Assembly (NCBI GenBank): GCA_963813645.1
Contig: CAWEZS010000012.1
Coordinates: forward strand, 225,846-289,845
Source: Terriglobia bacterium
Lineage (GTDB): Bacteria > Acidobacteriota > Terriglobia > Terriglobales > Acidobacteriaceae
Direction: 5' to 3'
Length of the DNA: 64,000 nt
The position numbers were made by a program, and so were the translations under genes. Shown piece by piece: positions 63,872-64,000 of the stretch. Each line of letters opens with the position of its first letter. Positions within the stretch are counted from its first letter, which is position 1. The notes under the pieces are model-generated. The model saw only the letters and a list, made by a program, of their open reading frames with translations. It searched no databases and was not told the DNA's origin.

Positions 63872-64000
63872 AGGGGCTCGATGGTGCCGAACACAATAAC
63901 CTAGACCGGGTAATCAAAGTTTATGGGCCGCGAACCTAACTCTCAATGCTGGGGGCAGTTCTGTGACATCCCAACTTCGTCCTTATCTTGCTGTCGCCGT

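Noticed and set aside
63872-64000. Possible gene fragment at the window end.
   Set aside because: All frames on both strands hit stops within this stretch or lack a start. There is not enough sequence to call anything.

Overview
GC-rich bacterial chromosomal window (GC judged by eye, not computed). It is probably Acidobacteriota, because it carries two tandem VWFA-related Acidobacterial-domain (TIGR03436-type) proteins and the GC-rich palindromic intergenic repeats I associate with that phylum. Gene content is mostly housekeeping and carbohydrate or sugar-acid metabolism. Recognised genes are guaA, a PQQ/cytochrome c dehydrogenase, a lacD-like aldolase, rph, a GerMN-amidase-DUF1015 operon, a transsulfuration pair, a VOC-PP2C phosphatase, cutA, ftsB, a PilZ protein, ribBA and thiS. 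There is a 12-gene NADH:quinone oxidoreductase operon (nuoA,C,D,E,F,G,H,J,K,L,M,N) and an orphan Flp pilin. A LarA-like / SDR / cytochrome c-PQQ sugar dehydrogenase / multicopper oxidase cluster follows. The window ends with a sugar-acid cluster (MFS transporter, rhamnonate-dehydratase-like enolase, FAH-type enzyme, HIBADH-like enzyme, GH39, uxaC) and an IorAB-type molybdoenzyme. I found no tRNA, rRNA, CRISPR array, transposase or recognisable defence system. The unusual signal is non-coding: nearly every intergenic spacer holds one of several repeat families. Three are GC-rich palindromic unit families. A fourth is a set of AT-rich short-period (7-8 nt) arrays that form long hairpins and sit inside operons, often abutting stop and start codons. 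One AT-rich hairpin in the nuo operon encloses a frameshifted four-helix-bundle (23S rRNA IVS-protein family) gene, which is an rRNA-IVS-like architecture inside an mRNA. The nuo operon also lacks nuoB and nuoI. Start codons are judgement calls, and family names come from recognising motifs in the translations, not from database searches.
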